A stretch of 64,000 nucleotides of DNA from Paraspadella gotoi (lineage: Eukaryota > Animalia > Chaetognatha). The notes beneath the pieces are model-generated. The model had not been told where the DNA came from and ran no database searches. It worked only from the letters and a program-made list of their open reading frames with translations. A program made the translations under genes and the position numbers. The DNA is taken from assembly GCA_051294375.1 (NCBI GenBank), contig CM119263.1, forward strand, positions 13,254,199 to 13,318,198, in the 5' to 3' direction. This document shows positions 11,921 to 25,609 of the stretch, in pieces; position 1 is the first letter of the stretch, and every line of letters starts with the position of its first letter.

Positions 11921-12772
11921 TCGAGGTGGAGGATAAAGGGTTCGTGGGGCGTAGAATGGAAAATAAAAAGGAGCTGGGGAAAAAAGCTGAGTTGCCGGAG
12001 CAAGTTATTACGAGTGAAAAGGGTGAGAAAACGAAAACCGCAGTGAGAGATGTTGGGCGTCGGAGATGAGATTTAAAAACCATGGGGTGTGGAGGTCGAG
12101 CCGAGAAGGGGGAGGACGCGCCTCGTCGGGAACGGACAGCCTCTGGAGCCCATGAGTTTTATGAGGAAAATTATGGCGTTCATCATCCGCGGCTCTCGAG
12201 CGACGCCTTCTCGCGCTCCGCTCTCATCGTCGCTGTCATCGCCGTTGCATACGTCGTCCTGGTCGTCGTCCACGTCGTTGTCATCACAGTTGAATTCTTT
12301 GTCATCGCCGACGTCATCGCCATAGCAGTCGCCATCGGTGCTATCATCGTCATAGTAATTGCAGCCATCGTCATAATCGTTGTCTTCTTTGTCTTCGTCG
12401 TTGTCATCGGCGTCGCCGCCAACGTCATCGTCGTTTTCGTCGTCGTCTTATTTTTTTTATTTCTATCATCGTCGCTTTGATCGTCTAGCCACGTGAGTCG
12501 TGAGCCTCGTGAGCTAATTCTGTCAATATTTATTTGATCTAAATAGTTTTTGTTGTATTGATTTTTCGGAAATTATTTTCAGATTTGTATCAATAGACTC
12601 ATTCAATCATTTTATCGATACAAGAAAAAATCAATCACGCAAATCACTCATCTTGTTTTCATTTGGTTCTCATTACAAAACGGAACTCGGAAACCCACTC
12701 TGAAATAAAAGTAACAATGTTGCAAGGATTTTTTTCGTTGTTTTTAAGCGTCTCTCTCTCTCTCTCTCTCCT

Positions 12773-12806
<34 letters not shown>

Positions 12807-14266
12807 CTCGTCTCTCTCATTACTTTCATTTAGTCCTTGCCTCTCGCGCTTCCTTCCTCTGCTTTTTTCTCCGCCTCGTCGCTCGTCCTNNNNNNNNNNN
12901 NNNNNNNNNNNNNNNNNNNNNNNNNNNNNNNNNNNNNNNNNNNNNNNNNNNNNNNNNNNNNNNTCTCCCTTTGTCTCCTCCCCTCATTTCCTCCTCCCTC
13001 TCGTCCGTACCTCCTCCCTCTCTCTCCATTCCTCCTTCTCTCCTTCCTCGTTTTATCTCGGGCATTGGCGTTCTCCCGCCTCCTTCCTTTTTCCTCTTCC
13101 TCTTCCTCTTCCTTCTTGGTAATTCCTCCCCCTTACGTCCCCAGGCGACCAAATCAGGTCCTAACTTCGGATTTTCCCCAAAACGCCTCCTCCTCCTCAT
13201 CTCGCTCCTCCGTCTCCTCCTCTTCCTCGTCATCTCGCTTCCTCTATATATCTTAGGTCCTTTTTACCTCGTAATTTTCTTCCTTCTATAGTCTCTACCC
13301 GTTAATCGCTCGTTAATGTTTCGCTAACCTTTTTGAAAGACGAAAATGTTAATTTCCTTTTTTCAAAAAGAAGAAAAATGATTCCTGAACCTAGAGCTGC
13401 ATGTATCGCCGGTTTTTCTACCCAACAGTAGAAAAAAGCCACTTTTATTATTGAAGCTTCCCCATTTCTTTTTTTTTTTTTTTTTCCAAAGCAGCAGTTT
13501 TCTTTTCTCTCTGTCCTCTTTCTTTTCTTTTCTCCTGCATCGTAAATTTCTCCTTTTCCATTTTCCTTCTTTGTTCCCTTCTGTTCTGCCTCTTCTTTCT
13601 TCCAGGAATCACTTTTTTCTCCTCGTAAAAATTAGCTCTCTCTTATGCACTCCACTCCCCTTTTGTTTCCTTTCCGCATTTCTCTACCGCCGATTGCAGA
13701 CGCCGGCAACTCGCGCTTTCCGCTGTCGCACAGGGCGCTCCTCCCCCCTAAGCGTCTCCGCCCACCGCCTGCAGCCGCCGCGGGCCTTCGTAGGTTCACA
13801 CGTGGGTCACGGGCGTTGGCTGCTGCAGTACACTTAGTTCAATGCGAGAGAAAGAGAAAAAGAAAATCGGGGAGGGCGCTTGGAGACGGGTGGGTTTAGA
13901 AATCGGCTGCGGGAGCTGGGTGAGGATTAATATACTTGACTTGTTAAAAAGCGGAGGGTTTTGGAGAGAAATACGAAGGATAGGGAAAAAGGAATGAATA
14001 CTGTTCATTTCATTGATAAAAAAATTCATGCTATGCATTTAGGAGTTTGAAATTTGGAGTAACATTTTAAATGTTCGAGGTGAAATCCTAATCAGATTCA
14101 CCCCGCATCCGAACTCATAGTAGTCAATGTCATAATGCGTGAATGAGTTTAAAGTTTTTTAAACAATTTGAAACGTATACAACCTATACAATCACTTTAA
14201 TATTAATATTTTCTATAAAAGGTAGGGTGATGAAGAAAGGAAAAACTAAGCCAAGGTTTTAAAGAA

Positions 14267-14298
<32 letters not shown>

Positions 14299-15610
14299 CG
14301 AGAGAGACAGAGAGAGAGAGAGAGAGTAGAAGAGAGAGAGAAGAGAGAGAGAGAGAGATGAGAAAGAAGAGATTTGCTGCTAAATTTAAGGTTCCGTGAT
14401 AGGAGGGTTAGTGGAAGAAGAACGAAACAGGGTCGTGGTTCAAAAACAAAAAGAAGGGGAGGAGGAGCGAAATATTTGGGACATAAATGTGAGGCGTGGT
14501 CTAATAAAAAACAGGGTGATTAAGAGAAGAGGCGCGCGCTTGGGGGACGAAGATGGAATGGAGAGAGGAAGAAATGGCATCAGAAAAGTGGGGATTGTTG
14601 GGGGGGGGGAGATGGGCGGAGAGGGTGAGGTATTGTGGGTGGTGTTGGCGTGGGTAGTAGGTGTCGGAAACGCGATTGTGAAAGAAGGAGATGAGGCTTT
14701 TTAAGGGGTGTTAACCCAAAAAAAAAAGAGGAGAAAAAAGAAACTTAAAAAAAGAAAGAGAAGAAGAAGACCTTCGGAAAGAGATGGATGGGAAAGGAAA
14801 TTAAGGAGAGGACGATATCGAGACGGTCTCGTATCGGAAAGAGACGTCCACGCATTTGTCGCCTTCTCAATCCGACGAAACGAAGCCATCCCGTCGTTTC
14901 ACAATCTCGTCCCTTTGCCATTTCGCTATCTCGCGTTGACTTTTACCTCCCCAGTTCACGTCAACATTTTCGTCATTATATATTCGATTTTATTCGAATA
15001 CAACAAGGTAGATTCGGTACAATCATCATCAACAAACAAACATTATGACTTTTTGTTCTTGATAAAAACTGAGACTCCGATGATGAACTTTCTTTTTATG
15101 TCAACTCTCGATATCAAGTGTCCCAGATCCTGTAGGATGATCTGAATTTCAGACTGAAACCATAACATTATAAAACATTGTTCTTTTGTTAGATCGAAGG
15201 ATCAGTGACAACAGGATCGATCGAGAGAGGCAGCTCGAGTCGACCTGTTGTGTCGTAAAGTAAAAGAAAAACAGAAGAACATCGCCTATTCGCGTCTAAA
15301 AGCATAAAGTCGCACAATTAAACTGTTAAAGTTAAGGACCAAGACCCCAACACAGTTCGAATCCCTAAAAATCCCGGCCGAGCTTAACCCCATTTCGTTC
15401 TCGCCTTTTCGACGTTTTCGATGAAGCTACACTACGACAAACGAGCGAACGAGCGAATCAAAGCTTCATTTCCATAATGATACATTTTCTCTCTTCAGGT
15501 GATCAGGTGATCATTATTCAGTCTCCCATCGACGATCGAACCCCATTCGAGGTCATCCTGACAATTCGCTAACGATCTCCACCGCAGAGTCATTTGTAAA
15601 CAACGACGGA

Positions 15611-15642
<32 letters not shown>

Positions 15643-18600
15643 TCGAAACGCTTCATGTTGGATTAAAACCCAGGATTGTTGTAGATTTATAACTGACGTC
15701 AACGTGGTCGGCATCGTCGTCATATTCGTCTTCGTCGTCATCTCTATCGTCGTCGTCGTCGTCGTCGTCGTNNNNNNNNNNNNNNNNNNNNNNNNNNNNN
15801 NNNNNNNNNNNNNNNNNNNNNNNNNNNNNNNNNNNNNNNNNNNNNNNNNNNNNNNNNNNNNNNNNNNNNNNNNNNNNNNNNNNNNNNNNNNNNNNNNNNN
15901 NNNNNNNNNNNNNNNNNNNNNNNNNNNNNNNNNNNNNNNNNNNNNNNNNNNNNNNNNNNNNNNNNNNNNNNNNNNNNNNNNNNNNNNNNNNNNNNNNNNN
16001 NNNNNNNNNNNNNNNNNNNNNNNNNNNNNNNNNNNNNNNNNNNNNNNNNNNNNNNNNNNNNNNNNNNNNNNNNNNNNNNNNNNNNNNNNNNNNNNNNNNN
16101 NNNNNNNNNNNNNNNNNNNNNNNNNNNNNNNNNNNNNNNNNNNNNNNNNNNNNNNNNNNNNNNNNNNNNNNNNNNNNNNNNNNNNNNNNNNNNNNNNNNN
16201 NNNNNNNNNNNNNNNNNNNNNNNNNNNNNNNNNNNNNNNNNNNNNNNNNNNNNNNNNNNNNNNNNNNNNNNNNNNNNNNNNNNNNNNNNNNNNNNNNNNN
16301 NNNNNNNNNNNNNNNNNNNNNNNNNNNNNNNNNNNNNNNNNNNNNNNNNNNNNNNNNNNNNNNNNNNNNNNNNNNNNNNNNNNNNNNNNNNNNNNNNNNN
16401 NNNNNNNNNNNNNNNNNNNNNNNNNNNNNNNNNNNNNNNNNNNNNNNNNNNNNNNNNNNNNNNNNNNNNNNNNNNNNNNNNNNNNNNNNNNNNNNNNNNN
16501 NNNNNNNNNNNNNNNNNNNNNNNNNNNNNNNNNNNNNNNNNNNNNNNNNNNNNNNNNNNNNNNNNNNNNNNNNNNNNNNNNNNNNNNNNNNNNNNNNNNN
16601 NNNNNNNNNNNNNNNNNNNNNNNNNNNNNNNNNNNNNNNNNNNNNNNNNNNNNNNNNNNNNNNNNNNNNNNNNNNNNNNNNNNNNNNNNNNNNNNNNNNN
16701 NNNNNNNNNNNNNNNNNNNNNNNNNNNNNNNNNGGTTGTAAATACAAAAATTTAAACTGTTTAAAGTACGACTTCTTAAAGAGGAAAGCCAGGTACGCTG
16801 AGAGATAATAAATAAAACTTTGACAGAGTATTACGTAATTGAAGATAGCCTATTTAGTATTTATTGAATGAATGATTAATTTTGATATAATTTTTACTAA
16901 TTTCGTAAGAAACCGAAAATCGTGACATTAATGTTGGTTCACGGGTGAGATTTAAAAATTTTAATCAGAAACATCTTTTGAAAATAACATCAACAACATT
17001 TAAAAAAAAAATTAAACCAATCAACAAAAAACAAGTAGAGACAATTTTGAAACTTTTTACTATAATATTCTTATTATCTTCAATCAATCAACCTGATTCG
17101 ATTTTATTTTTTTCAACCTGAATTTAATTCTCGACCAGATCTTACACTGTAGGCTACAGGGTCTTTTCCACAGAATCGTCGCTATCCTTCTCAACTATTT
17201 CCTTCACTTTTTGCTCAACATCATCAACACCTTTCCTCCTCGCCAATCTTCCCCGTCAACTCGATCTTCGTTTTCGTCGTCGTTGTCGTCTTCCTCCTCG
17301 CCCTCCTCCTCCGTTTCGTCCTCCTCCTTCGTCGTGATCTCGGTTCCATCGTTTCCTCCCTCCTGGAAACCCCTGGAAACCCCCTTCCCGAAATGGCTCG
17401 ACCCTCTCTTCACCGGGGGCCAAACTACTTCTTTGTTTTTATCACTCTTCTCTGATTGGTCAAACTCGAATNNNNNNNNNNNNNNNNNNNNNNNNNNNNN
17501 NNNNNNNNNNNNNNNNNNNNNNNNNNNNNNNNNNNNNNNNNNNNNNNNNNNNNNNNNNNNNNNNNNNNNNNNNNNNNNNNNNNNNNNNNNNNNNNNNNNN
17601 NNNNNNNNNNNNNNNNNNNNNNNNNNNNNNNNNNNNNNNNNNNNNNNNNNNNNNNNNNNNNNNNNNNNNNNNNNNNNNNNNNNNNNNNNNNNNNNNNNNN
17701 NNNNNNNNNNNNNNNNNNNNNNNNNNNNNNNNNNNNNNACTCCAATTCTGCATTATTCATGAAGGTGACGAGGAGGATCGAAGGGGGAAAGGAGGAGGAG
17801 GAGAAAAGAGGTGGGGCGTGAGGAGGAGGGGGAAAGGAAAGGAACGGGGTGGAAATGGAGGAAAGGGAGGAAAATGGGGGAAAAGTGGGAAAGAAGAGTG
17901 CGAAGGGGAAATAGGTAAGGGCGGACGACGAAAGAGATCCAGGAGCATTTAGACAGAATTTCGAGTTTGGGAAACTGAAAAAAAAAAGTGAAGGAGAAAA
18001 CAAAGAAGAAAGGAGAAATTAAAGGAGGGATATAAAAAATGAAGAAGAGAAAACGATAAATAAGAATCAGAAGAGAAGAAGAAGAGGATAAACGAAGAAA
18101 GAAAAGATAAGGAAAAGGGAAGTCAAGATATCGGGAGAGATGCGCAAGGTTAAGGATCTGAATGAGATGGAAAAGGAAAAAAAGAGAAGGAAGAAGAAAA
18201 GAAAAGGAAATTAGGANNNNNNNNNNNNNNNNNNNNNNNNNNNNNNNNNNNNNNNNNNNNNNNNNNNNNNNNNNNNNNNNNNNNNNNNNNNNNNNNNNNN
18301 NNNNNNNNNNNNNNNNNNNNNNNNNNNNNNNNNNNNNNNNNNNNNNNNNNNNNNNNNNNNNNNNNNNNNNNNNNNNNNNNNNNNNNNNNNNNNNNNNNNN
18401 NNNNNNNNNNNNNNNNNNNNNNNNNNNNNNNNNNNNNNNNNNNNNNNNNNNNNNNNNNNNNNNNNNNNNNNNNNNNNNNNNNNNNNNNNNNNNNNNNNNN
18501 NNNNNNNNNNNNNNNNNNNNNNNNNNNNNNNNNNNNNNNNNNNNNNNNNNNNNNNNNNNNNNNNNNNNNNNNNNNNNNNNNNNNNNNNNNNNNNNNNNNN

Positions 18601-19117
18601 NNNNNNNNNNNNNNNNAAAAAAAAAAGAAACGGCTTTCCCGCCACCATCCTTTCCCCACGGCTTAAAATATTCACGGGAATTTTTTTTTTACAATATTCA
18701 GGCAGGGTAAAAAAAAACTGAATTTGTTGAAGGTTGCGTGGACGAAGAATCGATATAAAAAAACCTTATTGATTTTTTTTTTCAGTTTTTGTTGTCTTGC
18801 AGAAATAAAAAAATATATGTAAATTATGAACGTATGATAAAGAAAAACTGTCAGTATCTGACACTGGCTTCTGTCATAGTGTTGATTTTGTGAGGGCCAT
18901 CCGTGAGAAAAATTTTTAACTAAAAATAACGAAACAAAAGGGCAACGTCCTGGAGAGACAACGAAAACGACGACGATGACGACGACAGCGACTACAAAGC
19001 GAGAGGCGAGAAAAAATTCGCCCCGAAGTCACATATACTGAATTTATTAACTGAATGAAAAAAAAAATGCGGCGAAATGCTTTCACTCTCTCTCCTCTCT
19101 CTCTCTCCTCTCTCTCT

Positions 19118-19151
<34 letters not shown>

Positions 19152-21718
19152 GCTCATCTCTCTCTCGTCTCTCTCTATACCGTCAGGGTTGACCCAGATG
19201 AGCAAAATATTTCGGTTTCATATGATAATGGGATGCAAAAAAACGCGACCAAGCGTTGACAGGAGAGGGAGCGGGAGGAAAGAGAAGGACGTATAACAAA
19301 TGTTTCCAGGCGAAAGAAAGGAGGAAGGGAAGAAGGAAAGAGAAAAAAAAAGGAAGGAGATAGAAGGGTGATTGAGAAAGAAGAAGATTGGAGGCGGGGG
19401 AAGGATAGAAGAAATCGAGAAAAGGAAGGAAAAGAGAAAAGGGTAAGGAGAAAGGAGAAAAGGAAAGGACTCATTTGCATTTGATTGGAGGTTATCCCCG
19501 CGATCGCCGGCGGAACGAATCCCGAAGAAAAACCTAGAGGGGTGTTGGGAAAGGTAAGGGCGGTGGAGATGAAAGAGAGTCGAGGGTAGTGACCGGCTTT
19601 TTAAGAGAATTGGTCGAGCGGATACGTATTTGAACAAAGACGATAATTCTGATTTCTGAATTAATTGATTATTAATTAAATTTCCCTTTATTTAAAAAAT
19701 ACGCAAATTTTCACGCTCGCAAAAATATATCTATGTACAAAAGCAGAGATGTGANNNNNNNNNNAGCGAAGGTTTCTAGTTTGAGCGGCGGAGGTCGTTT
19801 CTCTCCGATCTCAATCGAAGCCCAGATAAATGAAACTCACCTTTTTTTTCTCCTCTTCCGACCGAGTGAGACCGGCGCAGCTCTTTCCTTTCCTTTTCAC
19901 CATCTCTTCTTCTCTTTTTTTTCGTTCCACTATTTTTTTTTCTCCCTTTTCGCGTTGACGGATAAATTTACGATTTCCTTCTAGTTGGGTTCAGCGACCT
20001 TTGGACTCGAGATCGTCGGAGAGTGTCATGAGTGACGTCGGGGTGAAGTCGGAACCTGGAGTGTGACGATTTTGGGAAGCGGGTGTCTGGAAGTCGGGCA
20101 GAGGTGGATTAGAGGGATGAGAGGGTGAGTTAGATGCATTCATACTTAAAGGTAAGAACTAGTTAGAATTGAGGGAAATTGCTGAGTTTTTGGTCAAAGA
20201 GTTAGTTTTTAAAAAGGAAATATTTTTAAGCATCGTTGGAATGCTGATATTTGATTGAGAAAGGTCTTAAGAATAAAACCTATAAGATGGAGATCAGAAA
20301 CTGGTCTTATGAAACGACTATTAAAAGAGTCAGGCAGATTGAGACATAGTTAGGTACTTAAATTGTTTTAGGGCTATCAGATGCATTCATATGTACATTG
20401 AAACGTGAAAAAGGACATCACTTAATTTTTTTTTCAGTTTCCGGCCCCAATTCTATCTTTTGTCTTTCATTTAAGATTTATTCTTTTCTTCTCAACCTTC
20501 GTCTTAAACTATGAATTATTGTTCTTCGTGTTACTTAATTAGCTTCTCGTTTAATCCGAATAAAACTCCCGCATAATCTTTATAACCGTCTAATCGAAAC
20601 AAATAAATTTTCTTTTATTTTTGATGCCAAAAAAAACTGAGAAAAACCGGGAGAGGAAAAGACAAGACAAAAGACACGACGGGTCTCCCAATTTTTCTTT
20701 TCTTTTTTTTCGTTTTGATTTTACGGTTTTTTAATTAGATTACAATGACTTTAATCGATTCGCGGAAACGTAATTGGGTTTGAAAAACTAAAGGCCATCG
20801 AACTGAGAGCGAGACACGATGATTTAAGGGGAACATCGAGGGTGGTTGACAGAGGGGGTTTTAAAAGGGGGGTGGAAAAGGGGGGAGAATGATTTGGACA
20901 GACGTTTACAGCCAATTTGTTTTGGGACTTCGTCGGAAAATTTGAGAAGAGTTGTGGGTTTTTATTAGAGAAAATAAATTGTTTCTTATGTTGTTTAAAT
21001 TCGCGACCTTTAAATACTTTCTTTACCCGCCTTTTATCTCTGGTATTTTAGGTTTGTTTTTTTTTTCTTTTACTATCTGTTTCCCAATTGTTTCGCCGAC
21101 GTTTTTCCCAGCCTATAATCGTTTCGTTTACCAACTTCATCGTTGTGTTTCCCCCTTGTTTCCTCGCCTCTCCTCGTTTCGTCTCCTCGTTTCTCTTTAC
21201 CGTCGCCTCGATCGTGACGTCACGCGATCCTTATTCGTCTTCGTTTCGTCTCTCGTCACTTTAACGGTTATTGTTGTCCGACGATGTCATTTTGTTCGCC
21301 ACCCAAGTTCTCCTCGTCCGCCGGCGTCGCTTTCATCTTCATTCCTAGGAAATTCTCAAGGAATTAAAAAAAAATTATATAAGTTGAAAACAAAAAATTT
21401 CCAAAAAAAAAAATCCTTTCTTTCTCTTCCCTCAAATTCCGGGGGAAAAAAACGGCTTCTTCAATTTCCTCGAAAAGTGAATTTTTTTTCCCCCGCAACT
21501 TTTATTTGATTGACTTTAATGATTCGGAAAAGAAAATTTTTTTTTTTCCCAACGTTTTTTTAAAGGTGATATTTTCTGATTTATGGACGAATTTTTAAAG
21601 GTTTTACTCATCCAGTCTTTAAAATATTTCTTTCTAATCTTTTTTAAATTTTTTTTTAAACCGCTGGAAGATAAAGCGTTGCAAAATTGAAATTGACAAA
21701 TACGTTGAATAGGAACGC

Positions 21719-21792
<74 letters not shown>

Positions 21793-22520
21793 AGAGGAGA
21801 GAGAGACGATCAATTTGTAACGCGAAGTGGTTTTTTGGAAAATGATTTTTTTCCTGTCACCCAAACTTTCGGGGTTAGAATTGGTTCTTTGTCTTGGGAT
21901 TTGAGTCGTTTTCGGAAGGAGCGCTCGATTGATCAAAGCCGAAAGTTTGAGTCAAACGTGGAATTCACCACGCGCGATCTTTGAACGTGCCTCTCGTTTG
22001 TCACCAAAGATTGGTGAAAGATCACTTAATCAATCTTATTTTTATCATAGCGAGTATAAAAAACAATAGAAATAGAATAAAAGAGAAGGTGATAATATTT
22101 TTTTTTTCTGCTTGTATTTATTTCAGGTTTTTATTTTGTGGATACTCACCTACGAAGATTGTAGTATACAGTAGTAATGTATTGTACTTTATTGTAGTAT
22201 ATCTTATATTCCTGCCAAAATCAGTCCGATTGTCTTTTTCTAAAGAATTCCCAATCCTTTAAATCTTCCAATATAAACCTCTTTTCTACTTCCGACTATT
22301 ATGTATTACCCCTCGGTACCTTTTTTTACCGCATTTATGTTTACATTGGCCACTTTTGTTTTTTACCTTTTCTGACTCTTTTGTCGCCGATTTATCTTTA
22401 CGACGCCGGCGAGTCGCCTATTCGTGCCGATTACTTCCTTTCTTCTTCCCAGGAATTCTTGTTATAAAATTTGATAACGAGATAGTGCGAGAGAGAGAGA
22501 GAGAGGAGAGAAGAGAGAGA

Positions 22521-22569
<49 letters not shown>

Positions 22570-23572
22570 CGAGCAATGATTGAAGCAAAATATTCAAAAA
22601 TCAAAAACTAAATTTTCACGTTACAATTCCTTTCTTTTTCAACATGTAAACAAACAAACTTAACTATACTAAAGAAATGAGTTAGTATCCACTTAAGATA
22701 ATTTCGTGACCAAGAAAACTTACCTACCTAATCATTTCTTTTTCTAAAATTTACTCAACTATCTGAAGAAACAATTCGACTGTTCCCAGCTGCAACTGTT
22801 CGTAACCAGAAGGAACCGAAAAGAACAAAGGCGAACAATTAGTTCGCGCGTTCGTTGCCAGGAAGAGTTTGACGAGAGATTGAGATGGGTTCTGACCTTC
22901 CGACCTCGAGGATGAAATAGGGAATCCTTTCCCGGGACCAAATCCCACGTGCGAGGCGTCAAGCTGCAAACAGGACCGTCGTCGTCGTCGTCGTCGCTGT
23001 CACGGTCGCCCCGTCACTTTTCTCTCTTTGCCTTTTGTCTTCGTCGGATCGTCGGGGGCAACGTGTCAAGAACGTCGTCACTATCGACACCGATATCCTG
23101 TCGTCTTTTTTAACGTCGTCGTCGTCGTCGTCGCCGCCGCGATTGTTTTTGTTTATCACTGTTTATCCGTGTACGCTATGCGATCGTAAATTAAAATAAA
23201 AATCTTGCATTGGGAACAATGTTGCAAGAATATATAAAAAAAGTGAATTATTTTTACCATACTCCTTTTATTCAAATCCGATTTTGGGGCTAATTTACAC
23301 GGGCGGTAAAACGCAACGATTTTGACATCGACGTCGAAAATATCGTCGTCGTCGCCATCGTCGTCTCAGTCACCGCTATCGATATCGTCGTTATCGTCGT
23401 CGTTTTCGTCGCCATCGACATCGTCGTCTTCGCCATCGTCCCCAACGTCGGTCTCGCCCCTTTTTTTATGACTGTCATCATCGTCGTCTTAAGCGATTTC
23501 CGATTTTCGCGTCATTTTGTTTTCGGGTTTGACCTCGAATTCGCTTCAGCTGACGCGCCCTCTTCCTGTGCC

Positions 23573-23649
<77 letters not shown>

Positions 23650-24770
23650 AGAGAGATTCTGGATTGGGTCAGTTTTTTCGCGCGTCTCATCGTCGGTCGA
23701 GGTCATGAGACCCATTGACTTTTTTGGAACCACGTGATGTCTTTCCTGGATCCACAGTCAACGACGACAAACCTCACGATTGCGATGACCAATCGGAGAC
23801 GACGACAGTCAGGATTCGACCAATCGAATCGACGGAATCCATCAAAAATCCCACGGCTCCGTTGTTTCCCCCGCCGACTTCGGCTACGATTCTGCGGTTC
23901 GGTCACAAAACGTCTTTTTCTTTTTCTTTCTTTCTCTCCGTCTCTCGCTTACACAGTTTTTCTTCCTTTTTCTTTCCCTCCCTCCTCTCTTTTTTATCGC
24001 TCTTTCCCTCCCTCACTTTCCTTCTTTCCGTTATTCCCGGTTGACCCCAAAACAGGAAATCCCCGATTTTGTCGCCAGAGTTTCGCGGTTCAAAGGATTT
24101 TCGCCTTTTGTCTTTGGCGACTTTTGCCGCTCTTTTTTTCCCTCGGTCCTTCGCTGGGCTTTGCCGGGCTTTGCTGGTCTTTGCCGGTCCAACTATTTTA
24201 TGCTAGTCCTCACCTCTTCCCGCTATGAATGAGATTCTGCTAAAATTAAAAACGGTTGTGCTCACTCCTATTAATATAAGCACGTGTATCTATCAATTAG
24301 GTTAAATTAAAAATTACCCTTTAAAAATTGTCTTTGACTAATTATGAGGAAAACTAATCAAAAATATGCACAAGCCTTCAAAGTTCATCTTCATCAATAT
24401 ACTGTTTTTAATTTCATAATAATAATTTAAGTTGCATCATTGTTTTCCCTTATTCCATTGAATCTGTTTTGAATTCATTCCATCTTTAATAGCCAGTGAA
24501 TTTACTTTGCTTAACATGGAATTCCAATCTTTCGGTCATGTCTTCCAAATCGCACTAAATTGATTCTGAATCGGCGCCGTCTTTAAAAAACTGTGCGACC
24601 TTCATTGAACTACGAAGATTTCTTACATGACATTAAAATAAATTCGTTGCAATTAAGCATGTATTTTGAGTCGCACTTACCACCAAAAGAGAGATAGCGC
24701 TTTATCGTTATCTCTCGATCTCTCTCCTCTCCGGTCTCTCCTCCGCTCTCTCTCTCCTCTCCTCTCTTCT

Positions 24771-24807
<37 letters not shown>

Positions 24808-25077
24808 CATCTCTCTCTGCTCTTCGTGCGCCCGGATTTGTTCATTTGTTTCGAGATTTCTCTTTGTTGAATTTCTCTCCTTTTTTTTTGTTGAGAATTT
24901 AATGCGCATAATGAAGAGAAAGGCCACACGCTCTTTCTCACTCTCTCCTTCTCTTCGTCTTTTTTTTTTAAAATTCCAACTGAACCAACGGAGGAGGGGG
25001 GCGAATTTAATTTTCAGTTTATTAACATTTTTGTTTTGGGGAGGTAAAGTGAGAGAGAGAGAGAGGAGAGAGAGAGT

Positions 25078-25131
<54 letters not shown>

Positions 25132-25609
25132 AGACAAGAGAGAGAGCGAAGACGGCTATCTCCAATTTCGTATTTATTACTTTTACTAAAATATTCCCGC
25201 GAATTATTTTGCATTGGAAATACTTTTTTTTTGGTTCGGCCTAGCGAGGATGTAGGCGTTACACGGTGTGGGCGTCTTCTCTTTGGTTTGGGAGAGACGA
25301 AAAAAAGGAAAAAGTTTAATGGATTTGGGTTTTGTTTTGTTTTTTGTTTTTTTTTGTTTTTTTTTTTTTTTTTTATTTGAAATTTGGGGTCGGAGACATA
25401 GACGGAGCGATGCGATGCGTCGATATCAGTTGAGAAACTAAACCTCTAAGGATCGAAGACTTTATTAAGTGACAAGTTAAGGATAAGTAATCACAAAAAA
25501 GTTCATGTCGAACCTTTGTGTCGTTTGTTTTTTTTTTATTCGTCGATGGCGTTTTAACGGAGTCTGCTCATGGATCTTGAAAAAAAAAATTTAAAAAAAA
25601 AGAAGTCGT

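Noticed and set aside
12082-12480. Hydrophobic 132-aa ORF (and similar ORFs 23290..23481, 34570..35142)
   Set aside because: Products of degenerate (GTC/ATC)n trinucleotide repeats, not membrane proteins.
15653-18710. Long ORFs spanning N runs
   Set aside because: Artefacts of assembly gaps.
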